DNA of 64,000 nucleotides from Balanoglossus misakiensis (taxonomy: Eukaryota > Animalia > Hemichordata): positions 1,684,901-1,748,900 of the forward strand of contig CM082593.2 in assembly GCA_040954595.2 (NCBI GenBank), written 5' to 3'. The notes beneath the pieces were generated by a model. It saw nothing but the letters and a program-made list of their open reading frames with translations. It was not told where the DNA came from and did no database searches. The position numbers were made by a program, and so were the translations under genes. Below are positions 24,054 through 35,978 of the stretch, one piece after another (the first letter of the stretch is position 1; the number at the start of each line of letters is the position of its first letter).

Positions 24054-24204
24054 CTTTCTCTTGGCTCTGAGTTGTTCACGGTGACGGTGAGAACATTCCC
24101 CAGGGGTCTGGCTGACCCACAGTTTGATGCCGACTATGGTATATGAGATAGCCATGGCTGTCAATGGGATCACATAGGTCAGCACTAATCTACCAATGTG
24201 GTAC
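24054..24204 (-). CDS. TACR: Tachykinin receptor-like GPCR 2, exon 2 (TM5-ICL3)
   Basis: Acceptor ttccag|G completes the Trp codon; encodes YHIGRLVLTYVIPL...LWVSQTPGECSHRHREQLRAKRK; donor AAG|gtaagg; 151 nt, phase 2/0. Confidence 0.93.
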
Positions 24205-27200
24205 CTGGAATTAAATGAATGTAACAGGTAGAATGCAAAACGATATCGACTTGCGATTTTCAATCCATAATGATATGATATTTTACAAAACCATTAGATT
24301 TATCATGATGTAAAGCAACTTTACAGAGAGTTCTCTTTGAAAACCTATACTAATAAAGACAATTTACAACTTGCAACAGTTAAAAAGCCTCCAATAACAT
24401 AATAGTAAATTTAGTTTCGTATCGTAATTTAAACCTACATTGGTTACGATAACTTAATACTTTTTTCCACATCTCCTACTGTGTTAGATATTTACTGACA
24501 CTATTTAATGATAGGAAACCTTTAAAACACGCATGTGCAGTCCTTTTTAATATACAGAATTACATTCCCCCTTGTACATTAAATGAAATATCAAAAGCAC
24601 TCAAGTCCATAAATGTAGGAATCGAACCTTTCATGAAATTAATGTCCAACTTACTGTTACCATAGTTCAATTCATGATTAACTGTGAGTGTGGTTGCATT
24701 CCGCATAGAACTGTACTAAAAGTTGTTAACATCTTTTGACAGTTGATCCGGAAATTAGCTCTAACTTGATGGATCAGTCAATAATATAGTTCTGGTGAAA
24801 ATCATATTTCTTCTATTTGGTGAATTTAGAACCACTTATTAGGACTTTGCTATTGAGAGACTCTTTAAATGCATGTCTTATTCGATGAAATATTATCTAT
24901 TCGTCTGACTGTTCTGTAGGTGTATTACTTTGGGTCCATAAACAATTCAGTCTTTTAATCACTCATTAACTTTAAAAATATACTATCAAAACACATTAAA
25001 GGAAAAGATGGCAGATTGTCTCATTCCACCGTAATTTAGTTATATTTCACATGGTTAAAAGATATTCTGGCAGCTATGCAAATTCAGTAGTTACCGTTCA
25101 ACAATAGGTTTTTGTCACATACCAACATAATCAGATTCCAGTCGCTCGATAGCCAGTGATGTCCCATATCATTTAAAGCAGTAGATCTAGAATACAGCGT
25201 GTGTAGCATTGAAATCACAACACAATTCTCTGAATCAGACGCTGGAGAGACATTGAAATCATCACACAATTTCCAGACGTAACTATTCCGGAAAAATCTC
25301 CGCATTTCCCTTGAGTCAGTGTTGTCTAAGGAACAGTGAAACAATTGCAAACGAGACTGTATTCAATTGCTACATCGATTCACGACAATTCACAACTTGT
25401 GCACGACGTGCGATACCTGGCAACAACACCTGCTGACGTCAGTAGGGCAATGAAAACCTGAGTCTACATTTAAACTCACTCGGTGAGCACATTTCTTGAG
25501 TGACACATTCTTAGTAAGAAGGCAATGTAGTGCATGTTTGCCGGGACACAGTCAATAAGGATATCTGATGTCGAACTTTGAAGTCTTGAGCTACGCATGG
25601 GTTTGGTGAAGGAAAATCTTGTTGAGCTGTTTGTTCACATGTGAAGTACATGTGTTGATATTTCTTAGGCATCATTTTTGGTCGTTCTCATGTTTTACAG
25701 TTTTTTGTCAATCTACATGTCTCCAGAATGTTTTTATAGTCTATACTGTGGTCAATGCTGTGGCAGTCATTATTTCAGTTAAAAAGAGATGGTATATTTT
25801 CATGTAAGCATGTCTCATCTTTCGTGTGTTCTCTTCAACTGTGAGTGACAAGCACTTGAGAAAGAGTTTCAGTAACGACCTTCGTGTCTAATGTCAAAAT
25901 ACATGTCATTCAGACACGCACACAATTGGAATTTCGCGGTTCAGAAGATGCAATCGTGATTACATAAATGGAAATCACGCAAAATAACTGAAGGCTTTTC
26001 TTGTACCATAAAAAGTGTCAACGACTAATGGAAATTTGTAGTTTTGTTGCTTTTCTTATGCCCGGTGTTGACGATGTACCCACATTCATGGCTGCACTGT
26101 AAAAGAAGTCACTGATCAACACAGATAGTTTGGTAGTGGCAGGATGTTTTTGTTGTGTTGACAAGGTAATTATGAAGGAAGCATAATTCGTCATCAATTT
26201 AACGCGCCGTGCGCCTATAAGTGTTCTTCGTGCCACCAGCAAATTATAACAATCTTTTCCTTTCATGACGACGAAATCATGATTGTTGAAATTCGTTTTG
26301 ATAAATAATCTGACATAATAAAACAGTACATAACAGCTCACAAATGACTTAATTTCCTGATTCCATCTGTTTTGATTTTCTCTACAGTCCCTTTGCAATG
26401 TCATGTTTTTATCAACTTGCATAAGCAAGTGCTTATTATACAAAATAGCATAGTCATGTATGTAAGGGAAAGCGGGAAGACGGTTATGTATTAAGTCAGT
26501 CATATTAATGTATTTTATTTTACGTCTATCATGTTGATATATTTTGGAATGCCTTGTATAGGTGCAGCGTTTCTGTGCTCTGCGAACATTCTCACGTGAC
26601 AACCAAACGATAAAATTTCCCATAAATTTGATTGGATGCAGTCAGTAAACGTTTTATAGTCCACTCTGTATGCAAATTAGGACACCATTTTACATGTAAT
26701 TCCTGAACAGATGTTACCTTAGCTGCATAGTTATGTTATATATAAAATGGAAATATGTACAATTTCCATTAAACTGCAAGTCAGTTTTATCTACACAAAT
26801 TTTCTGCTGTAAACCCTTTGGCAACAGATGAAGTAATCAAAATCTGCCACTACTGTGTAATATTATATGTTTATAACCAGCAAAGGTAATTACCGCCACT
26901 TTAAAATATTCATACCATCTGGAACATCTACACTTTAAAATATTCATATCATCTGAAACATGTACACGCAGGAAATATAATGTTCTGAGAGCCTCTTCCA
27001 AGAAATCTCGACAAATTCTGACATCGAACAAGTAGGGAGCTTCTGATAATTCAACCTTCCCAGAGGAAACTACTGTTGCTCCATTAAACACCGGCCCTTT
27101 CTTTGACGGAATACACAAACGACATCTCGAATCATGGTTTGAACCAATGAACTTGACTTCCTCATGCCCCACCGGACTACTCGCAATGAAACACAAATGC

Positions 27201-30200
27201 CGAGAGGGGTTGAATTTTACATGGCTCTGGAGATTGGGGTGATAGGATTCCCCGCACGTTTAACCTTGCAAACCCTCTGGGATGGCAAGGGTGTTGTTTT
27301 TCTGTTTGTGTGTGCATGTAACGACATCAGTGGAGATTGTAATTACTTGAAAGTCCATCTTCCCCTGACATATACAGTTGAAGGACTTAGTGGTACTATG
27401 CAACACTTAAAAGGGATCCATACATGGCCATGAATCAGGTTTTTTGCTTCCAGACTGATGTTTGTTACTCAACCTCATTAATTGGTTTATTTATGCAAAA
27501 AATCAATATCCAATTTTTGTATACATTTGACCTTAATTGGTCAGTCACAAGGCATAACGTATGTGGTTTAATTCAATCACTAACACGTTGAGGGATAAGC
27601 ATTATCTGAGATATCCACGCGTGATGTGTCTGGAGAGGATGAATATCCTTCGGCGGACAACAACTGTGAAAGCGAGACACAGGTAGTAATCAAATTCGTG
27701 GCACTGCACGTCTCGAAGTGTTGGATTCTCCACGTAGCACTTCAAAATGCCGATTAGCGATGTATGATACAGTGTTTAGGGGGATGGAATTGAGCTATTT
27801 CAACATTGCCAGGCGTGTACGATGAATTATTACGCTTGCACAAACAAGATAATGATAGCCGCGTTCTCCTCTAGGTGATACGCAGCGATCGACGGCGAAC
27901 AGTACACATATCCCCCACAGAGCTGGCAATAAAATTACAGCCATTAGTAATTTGCCCTTTCGCTGAGAGACATTCCTGCATAAATCACCTGAGGGTAATG
28001 AGGACAGTTGAGGTCGTCTATGACCAAACAGGTAGTCGTTTATGTCTTCACAAGAAAAGAGAAAAAAGTTCACACATCAGCTCACACTTCAGAGGAAACC
28101 ACTGCTACATCACCCACGCGCACTGGCACTGGTGATTTATGTAACGGTTAACAGAAACTACTGACATGGCTGAACAGAGTGATTGAAAGTAAAGTTAGGC
28201 CCGCTTACGGCTTGTGATATGAGAGAACGGTTGTCTCTTGAGGGGGGCGTGAATCAACCATACTGTCAGGCAGATTGGATCATCACTCCCAACTGAGTAT
28301 GGAAACAATTTACGAAAATCTATTTTTCTATCTCATGATATCAAACAATATATCCTTTCTTCTTGCGAGATACTATTTATTCTAAACCACATTTCATAAC
28401 TTAACTGTAAACCCTCCAGCGCAAAGATGTATGCTTCACCATGTATGATTCAATATTTCTCTTTTTATCTCGCTCCGAGATATTTTTCTTCTCTGCATCA
28501 GTTGTAATCGATTCCTGATTGATCTCTCGTGAGAAGTTTAACTCAAGCGTATCAAATTGAACGAATCGCATTAGACATTGTCTGGTGATTGCAAACCTAT
28601 TTTGAAATTATAACACAGATATTAGTTCCTATGCCAACATGTTATACGATTACATGTTCGTCTCATGAGTCTTGCATCTGATAAGAACGTTCAAGTCTAA
28701 CATTGTATCACTTGTAAAATCTCAATGATGTCACCCCAGTGTCTACCTCCTATCATTTGAATGCAGCCATGTGTCCGTACCTTGACCAAACTGTGCATTG
28801 AAACCCAGAACATGTTTTCATTCATCCACGGGTCATCTCCGTACAGATGGGGAAATCTGCTAAACTAAGTATTGTCTGAGACCAACCGTTGTAAACATAG
28901 ATCAGAAGAACAATGATACCAGTAATACATAAAATGACACATGACTTGCAATTGATGGTGGTTGGTGTATGGTGTAAACACAAGTATTAAATGTTGGGGA
29001 ATAAAGTTAGGCGATGGTAACATTGGGAAATATTTCAACAAACCCCTATTAACAAGCCTTTCCATTGGCACTTCGAATCAGGAAGTGGCTTTAGCATTGC
29101 TGGCATTAAGGGATTAGTTGGAAAAAAGCAGGAACCCGGTTTCTTGACAGATAAACGACAGACCTTGTTATGATTTACACCATGAAACAAATAAAATACT
29201 GCGCAACTAAACGAGAGACACGGACCTCGTAAAAGTGTTAATGTCAGCTTGTGTTTATGACCACTGGCTCAGCCAGGTAAATGCAACTAACTTGGAACGA
29301 CAGGACGACAAAAGGCAAATGTTAAGTCTGGTAAACTTTTAGTAAACAGGATAGATTTAAAGCCACTTTACGAACAACTTAAGTTCTGTTGCATTGAGGA
29401 TGCACTTGCTTTATATGAAGTTAGTGTTTACCTAATGGTAGACTGTAGCTTTTAATTTTCTTCCTTTCCATGACTATTTGCCGTTACAGTAAAATCAAAT
29501 GATTGTAGTCTGTGACTTTTACAAGAGTGGTTTCCTAATGGAAGTAATACACATTCTTTATTACAAAAATGGAAAGAAAAGACAATTTTACAACATAGTT
29601 TGTCAAGGTTTCATAAACAGGAAAACACCCGGATGCAGTATAAAACACAGTCTTCCCATGATTTTAATGTGCCTTTCATGATTTAACAGCAAAAAAAGAA
29701 CAAATAATTTGTGCACTCAATAAAAAAACAACTTAGATGGTTGTAATTGATTCCTGAGCTTTACAAGTTTCCATCTTGCAGTCATAAAGTCGTCACTCAT
29801 TTTGATGACGCACTGAATAGCGTTATTAAAGGTGTCTCTGCAGTTTACATCCTCTTTTCATAACATCTTCCCCATTCAATCTTAATTTACGACTCATTCG
29901 TTGCTCGTTATTTCCATAAGTTCATGTCGTTATGTGATTCGTTTTACTATCTCAACGTAGTACCAGACATTGTTCTTTGATTTGAACAAGAACGTTAAGA
30001 TTTGCCACATATCCTGGTTCGTCCTTAACTCAACTTAGTAGTGACCCATGCATGTACTTTGCTTCTATGTTTTATGAGCCATTAATTTACAAATTAACTC
30101 TTTTGCTACATTTCTAGTACCAAATATTTAGTTATATGCCTATTCTACCGTCTGTTGCGGCCACATTCTTGATCATGATTCTCTTTTGAGTAAAGGTATG

Positions 30201-33093
30201 GCTAAGACAATCACCGTGCCAACAACCAACTCTTTATTTAGCTTATTTAAATGCGGCACATAAACATTCTGGTGGCCACATTTAATTTCATACAAATTGA
30301 TTCCGTTGACAAGTAAGAAGATCATTCACAGTTTATGGGTGCATATATATTAAATGCGGATAAACTAAAACAACATTAAAGGGGTTAGAACATGCTATGT
30401 TATGTTGCTAAGTAGCCTCTGGGCAATGAGTAATAAGAATAATAGCCATGATCTTTGTCGTATATAATGTTCTTAAATTCACAATTTTTCACTAATGCAT
30501 GGCCATAAAATACTTTATCATCAGAGTTTCATCATACCGCCAGAGTCAGATTAACATTCACGATTCTCTTAGTATGATGGTGGCAAGGAAGATCAGAACG
30601 TGTAACTATCAAACTCATTGGGCACACTGCTGTGATGATTATTTTGTAAGAAGCTAATCACATGCACAGGGTATTTTCAAGTCATTACCAGTCTCATTAC
30701 AAAGACTTCCTGGGTCTTTACATACATTGAGGCAAAGTGCAACGTTGAAACATCTCTTGCGGTGATTGAACCATTACCAGTGTGGTCATCAAACTCTAAA
30801 AAGTGAAACTTATGAATCTTATTCTTTGTTGTAACGTGTAAATTTCCGTTCATTTCATGTTTACCTACATATCAGATCTTGTATCGTGTTAGATCATATT
30901 TGGCTTGTCTAGTAACCTACCATTAGGCATATTGAGCACTTACTGTGTATTCCCAGTTTTGATGACAGAACGTTTGTACAGGCCGGTTGCCAGCCTGAAC
31001 CATCTGCCCAAACCAAACAATGACACCATAAGTCGAGGGAACCTCCAATGCCTGCTGTGATCAGTGTACATGTAACTTCACGAAATTGCATGATATATGT
31101 GAAGGTTTTTCCCCCCGGAAGACCATATATATGCTATGCTATATCATCTTTGATTCATGTACTCTATAATGACTGCAATGTATACACAGCATGTTAGAAT
31201 ATTTTGTTAAAAAAAGTTACATTATGACGTAAGAAGGTGATATGGATAGTTGTGTAAGTTATCATTCACGAATCAGCTCCATTATTTGCCAATTTACCCA
31301 TTTCACTTGTTACTAGGGGCAACTGCGGCGATTTAGATCACCACGTATGGAATGTCTGCAATTGCATCAGTACAAAATATACACAACCCAAATCTATTAC
31401 TTTCTCTCAGTCTGCAAGAGGACTGTATTGATTGGATTTCAACTTATCAGCAGTACGCAATATTCGCTGTGATAAATTTTTCGCTCTCTTCATTCCATGG
31501 TGAAGGATTCTTATTGTTGCAGGGTATTACTGAAGACTAATTGTTCTAATATTTGCCTTTTTCCACATGCAAATTTTTCAAATTCATTTCAGTGTGGATA
31601 TGTTTATGCATTGTATATGTTGTGCTTTCACTTATCACGTACAGTTGTACACTTTGTTGTCTTGCACATTGTAACCACGGTTTCAAGCTCTACCTTAACA
31701 GGAATGTGAAACAATAATTTTTGTGATTTCCATGACGCAAGACTTGTAAATGTGTGAAACATTCCACTGGCATCATCTTCTGTTGGCAGAGAGATAACGA
31801 ACATATTCCTTCTCGGTATACAATCGTGAGAGACAGCCAAGTAGACAAAACCCCAGTAACAGAAGATAAACATTCACTTCAAATTTAAGTGAAGCGACAG
31901 CAGCCATAATATGTTACTCTCGTGTGAAAATAATGTGTTAATGTGTCTTTATGTTTCCTGTTTAATGCCAGGCGATAGAAGTCAATCAGCACTGAGGCAC
32001 ATTTTCCAATCTTTTAATTAGTCTAAATTTATTTATATAGCGGAAATTAGCCTTTTACTCAAACGAATAACGCACGCACTTTAGAAACTCTCTAAAAAAA
32101 TACAATTGAACATTCGTGACTTTGCAAAATAAGTGGCTTTGGTCAGCCGTGAAAGCGTTCTTTGAAAATTTGTCGGGGTGAAGTTGTAGAATTATGTAGG
32201 CAATTAGAGCAGCTGAGTAGTTATTCCAATTCAGTATAAGTCGATTGATTCACTTCGGTATACTGCTTGACAAAAACCCAGCGTTGAACTATCACACTCG
32301 TGATAAATTTCCAGTGTATAGGTTACATTTAGGTTGGAAGTGTGACAATAGCTATCCATGGTTTGGTACGAGTGCAGCAAATTAGTCTAATAATTCCTCC
32401 AACTGTGTGATAGCTGCACCATGTCTGGAAGCCAACTGTTCTAGCCACGCAAATATCTATAATGATCCTTATACCAGTTGACATGGTAACACAAACTATG
32501 CACAGACCTGATGTGATCAAACTCGCGCATATAGAAGTCTTGCGAAGGTTTGTTCCATAGGCTGTTCAGTGTGCAACAGGAATACAGATCACGCAATTAG
32601 CATACACTACACAACAAGGTACTAAAATAATACGAGTGAATGTTACTGCTTCTGCTACTGGAGCTTTAAGCTTACTATAAGATAATCATCAGTGGCGTTT
32701 ATGACTTTGATGGCGATAAGAGGTCACTATACTGTTCTCCTTTAAACGAAGCTATTTCATAAGATGAAAGATCAAAATGATAGAAATAATCACACAGTGG
32801 ACGCATTGCTATATCTTAATTATTGTAAAACATCCTTGATAGATTTGGTTCTCTGGAAAAAGACATGCTTGTAATTTGGCTAAGTGGACATGTTGTGCAA
32901 AATGTACGTGATGTTGGTATGTCTTCATGAAACTACCATTATCCGTTAAGGATGCTTCTCTGAACGATATGACGTTTTAACGATGAAGTCCACGTTACGG
33001 TGCGGTTTAAGGAAACCATGCATGTGATTGCAACCGAGCTTCGTTTTAATGCAAATTGAATGGTTTCTTCAGTATCTATATGGAATAATTGAT

Positions 33094-33155
33094 GCTACAG
33101 CCTTGAGCAGCGATTTTTTGTTTTGCTACAGCCTTGAGCAGCGATTTTTTGTTTT
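33094..33155. repeat. Perfect 31-bp tandem duplication in GPCR 2 intron 1
   Basis: gctacagccttgagcagcgattttttgtttt, two identical copies. Confidence 0.95.
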
Positions 33156-33336
33156 ACGTGTTAGGCAAAGTTTTAAATAGTTTTTCTTTTTATGCAAAAT
33201 ATGGATGGTGGCTGTTTTAAAGGAAAAGACAGACCGCAAAAGTGTCTTTGTAATCGTAATGTCAGTGGTCAAACACTGAATGCCAGATTGTCACACACAG
33301 AGCCTTTTCAAGCATGAATGATAAAAATGTCCTTAC

Positions 33337-34013
33337 CAGAAATCGTAGTCTTGGTAATGGCCATCAGGCCACAAAAGGATACAGTTTGTTCTCTCGCGAC
33401 CATCTGCACAGGTGAAGGTGATGGTTTCAGCGTAGATGAGGAAAGGCAAGAGCGTCACGATTGCCACTACCCATACCACAAAGATGATCATGGATGATTC
33501 CAGCTTGGTCATTCTGGGCCGCATCGGATGTATTATGGCAATGTATCGATCGATGCTGATGGCCGCCAAAGTGAAGATGCTAGCTGAGACTGTCAACGGC
33601 CCAAAGAACTGAGCAATCTTGCAATAAGCGTCTCCGAAGTACCATTGATGCGTTATAAGGTAGCTGAACTGGAACGGCGTGTAGAAGACCACGATGAGCG
33701 TGTCGGCCAGAGCTAGATTGACCAGAAAGTAGTTTGTGACGGTTCGCATCTCTCTGTGGGCAAGAACAATCCACATCACGATGCAGTTTCCGCCCGCCGC
33801 AACCACGATTACAGCCACATAGACTACCACCCAGGCCAATATGACATGGGGTGGCTGAAAGAATCTGTCCGCGTCGCAATCTTCTAAATAGGAATAGGAA
33901 ATGTTGGTGATATTGTCAACCATGGAATCGTTCATGACAAGCGGCATGTTCAGAATCGGGTTTTCGTACGCCACATTCGTGCCCCAAAAAGATAAATTTG
34001 TTGTAGGCCTCAT
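33337..34013 (-). CDS. TACR: Tachykinin receptor-like GPCR 2, first coding exon (N-terminus to ECL2)
   Basis: ATG at 34013; N-glycosylation sequons NLS/NDS/NIT/NIS; GNCIVMWIVLAHREMRTVTNYFLVNLALAD, WYFGDAYCK, SIDRYIAIIHPMRPR, ECL2 CILLWPDG. Donor TG|gtaagg, phase 2; 677 nt. The start could be a downstream Met. Confidence 0.95.
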
Positions 34014-35957
34014 CTTTCTGCTGATGTAAGGTATATAGTTGAAGTTGTGTACTAACTGTGAACAGGAGTACCAACTCGTACGTTGTATACATGCATTGGC
34101 GTAGGTAGGTATGAATCAGTGAGCGCACCTATCACTCCCTTTAACTGTCGACAGTGAGACTCCCTAGGTAAAGCATGCATATATCATTACCGTAAATCTC
34201 ACACTTTTGAGGCAAAATAATGCAGGTCCGGGGAGGCCAAAGACAATAGAAAATCTAATGTTGCAGATGGGTATATCATTAAATATTAAATGAATACGTG
34301 AAAGGTTGACGTTGTGTGATGGAAGCAAATTTGCATTAGAAAAAATCGGACCTTGCAAGATTGAGAAAACTAGATGTAGTTAAGTTGTCTAGGGCAATGA
34401 CATCTTTTGTAACAAAACGTCTAACTTTTCAAATTGTCAGCTGCTTGTCGTGTGATAGGTTAATGGATTTTATGCATCAATCGCGTAGTCACACTATTCA
34501 AACAAATTTGCCATGAAAGTTGAGACACGCTGTAAATTGGCTGTTCAAGTGCAGTGCATGCTTTGACTGATTTCCACAAATGTTCACTTAATGTCGTTCA
34601 TTTAAATCAAGCAGATGAATATAACTATAACAGCACGTTGTCTTCCACTCTAGAGGCAGGAATAATATTTCAAAAGTATTTATATTTGCCATATCTAACG
34701 CTCACTCTACATTACAAGATACGTATTACAGTCAGTCGTAGTGGCCTTGGACTGAGTTTAGAAGTGATATCCATCGTTTCTCATGAATGACTCGTTCTAG
34801 AAATCCGTGAAAAGGATGCTGCCAAGGTGCTCGCATTGCCATGGTTTTCTTATCGTTTGCTTGAGATGGGACGCACATGTTAGCAGCATTTATAGCAGTC
34901 TACTTCCATACACATTGCCTTATTGCCCTTTCGTCGACAATCGTGTAATATGATTTATATCAAACTGTTACAGAACAGGAAGACAAATAGTCGTCTGATG
35001 TAACATGGAACCCGCAAAGCTCATTCTGCTTTTCAATCACGTAGCATTAAAGGTGTCGTGCATTCGCTCTCTCGTGACAGTCATTGCATTGGAAAATGTA
35101 TTAGTATTAATGGCAATTAAACTTGATTGCCAAAATACGAACTCTGGCAATACATGTATCGTGAGGTTCTGTTTGCGCTTTCAAACAAAATATGTTATTG
35201 GTGACATGAAAGTGTTTGGTATATACTCGTATGCATTTGTGTATGTAATGCCAAGCACGCAATTAAATGATAAAAAATCATTTAATTATAAATTATACAA
35301 CATATGATAAAATTAATCCATAATTTCTGTGGGTATGATATTACATAAACTTTGCAGAAATATTTTATTATTTCCGGCAAAAGCATCATGCAAGCAACAG
35401 ATGTTGGAAATTTGATGCAAATATCCTGATTCTACCTGCTAAAACTTAATCATGCTCTTAAAAAATTTAATAAAAATAGGATTTCCCACCCACTTTACCC
35501 TTGAGATAAAATAATTTACTTATCGCAGTAGTTTAGTGGTGATTCTATTATTATGCCCTGGCGTATCTATGTCCATTTCCGGTCTATATTGATGTAAATT
35601 TCTTTCTCAGTATCAGCACACCTATAAAACAAATAATACGAATATCCCGCTATTATATTGCATTTTGAATGAGGCCGTAACACGCAAACCGTATAAAACA
35701 CAATAGTTTCATTGCAGTTACATCGTAAAGGTACTTGTAAGAACATTTTTCACAGTGGCCATCTGGTCAGATACAAATACAATGAACTTGGTCGATATGG
35801 TTACATGCTGAGAGAGATGAGAATGTGGAAGTCTTAAAATACCAGTATTGCCGATACTGTGGAAGGTGAACTTCGCACGTTCTGTACTTCACACGTTCTA
35901 TATAACTGTGATAAATGGCTAATCCGTGAACCAGTGGTGACATGCGCCGTTTCCTCA

Positions 35958-35978
35958 TGAACCCTGACCCTGTGAACC
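35958..35978 (-). promoter_or_regulatory. Composite nuclear-receptor response element candidate (DR2+DR1)
   Basis: The - strand reads GGTTCA-ca-GGGTCA-g-GGTTCA: three exact RGKTCA half-sites in a CpG-rich patch upstream of the GPCR 2 ATG. Confidence 0.45.

Noticed and set aside
26018-26623. 201-aa minus ORF in GPCR 2 intron 1
   Set aside because: No recognisable motif, AT-rich intron-like composition and no fit to the receptor exon chain.
26837-27433. 119-aa (-) and 89-aa (+) ORFs in intron 1
   Set aside because: Somewhat protein-like and possibly transposon debris, but I could not recognise any domain.
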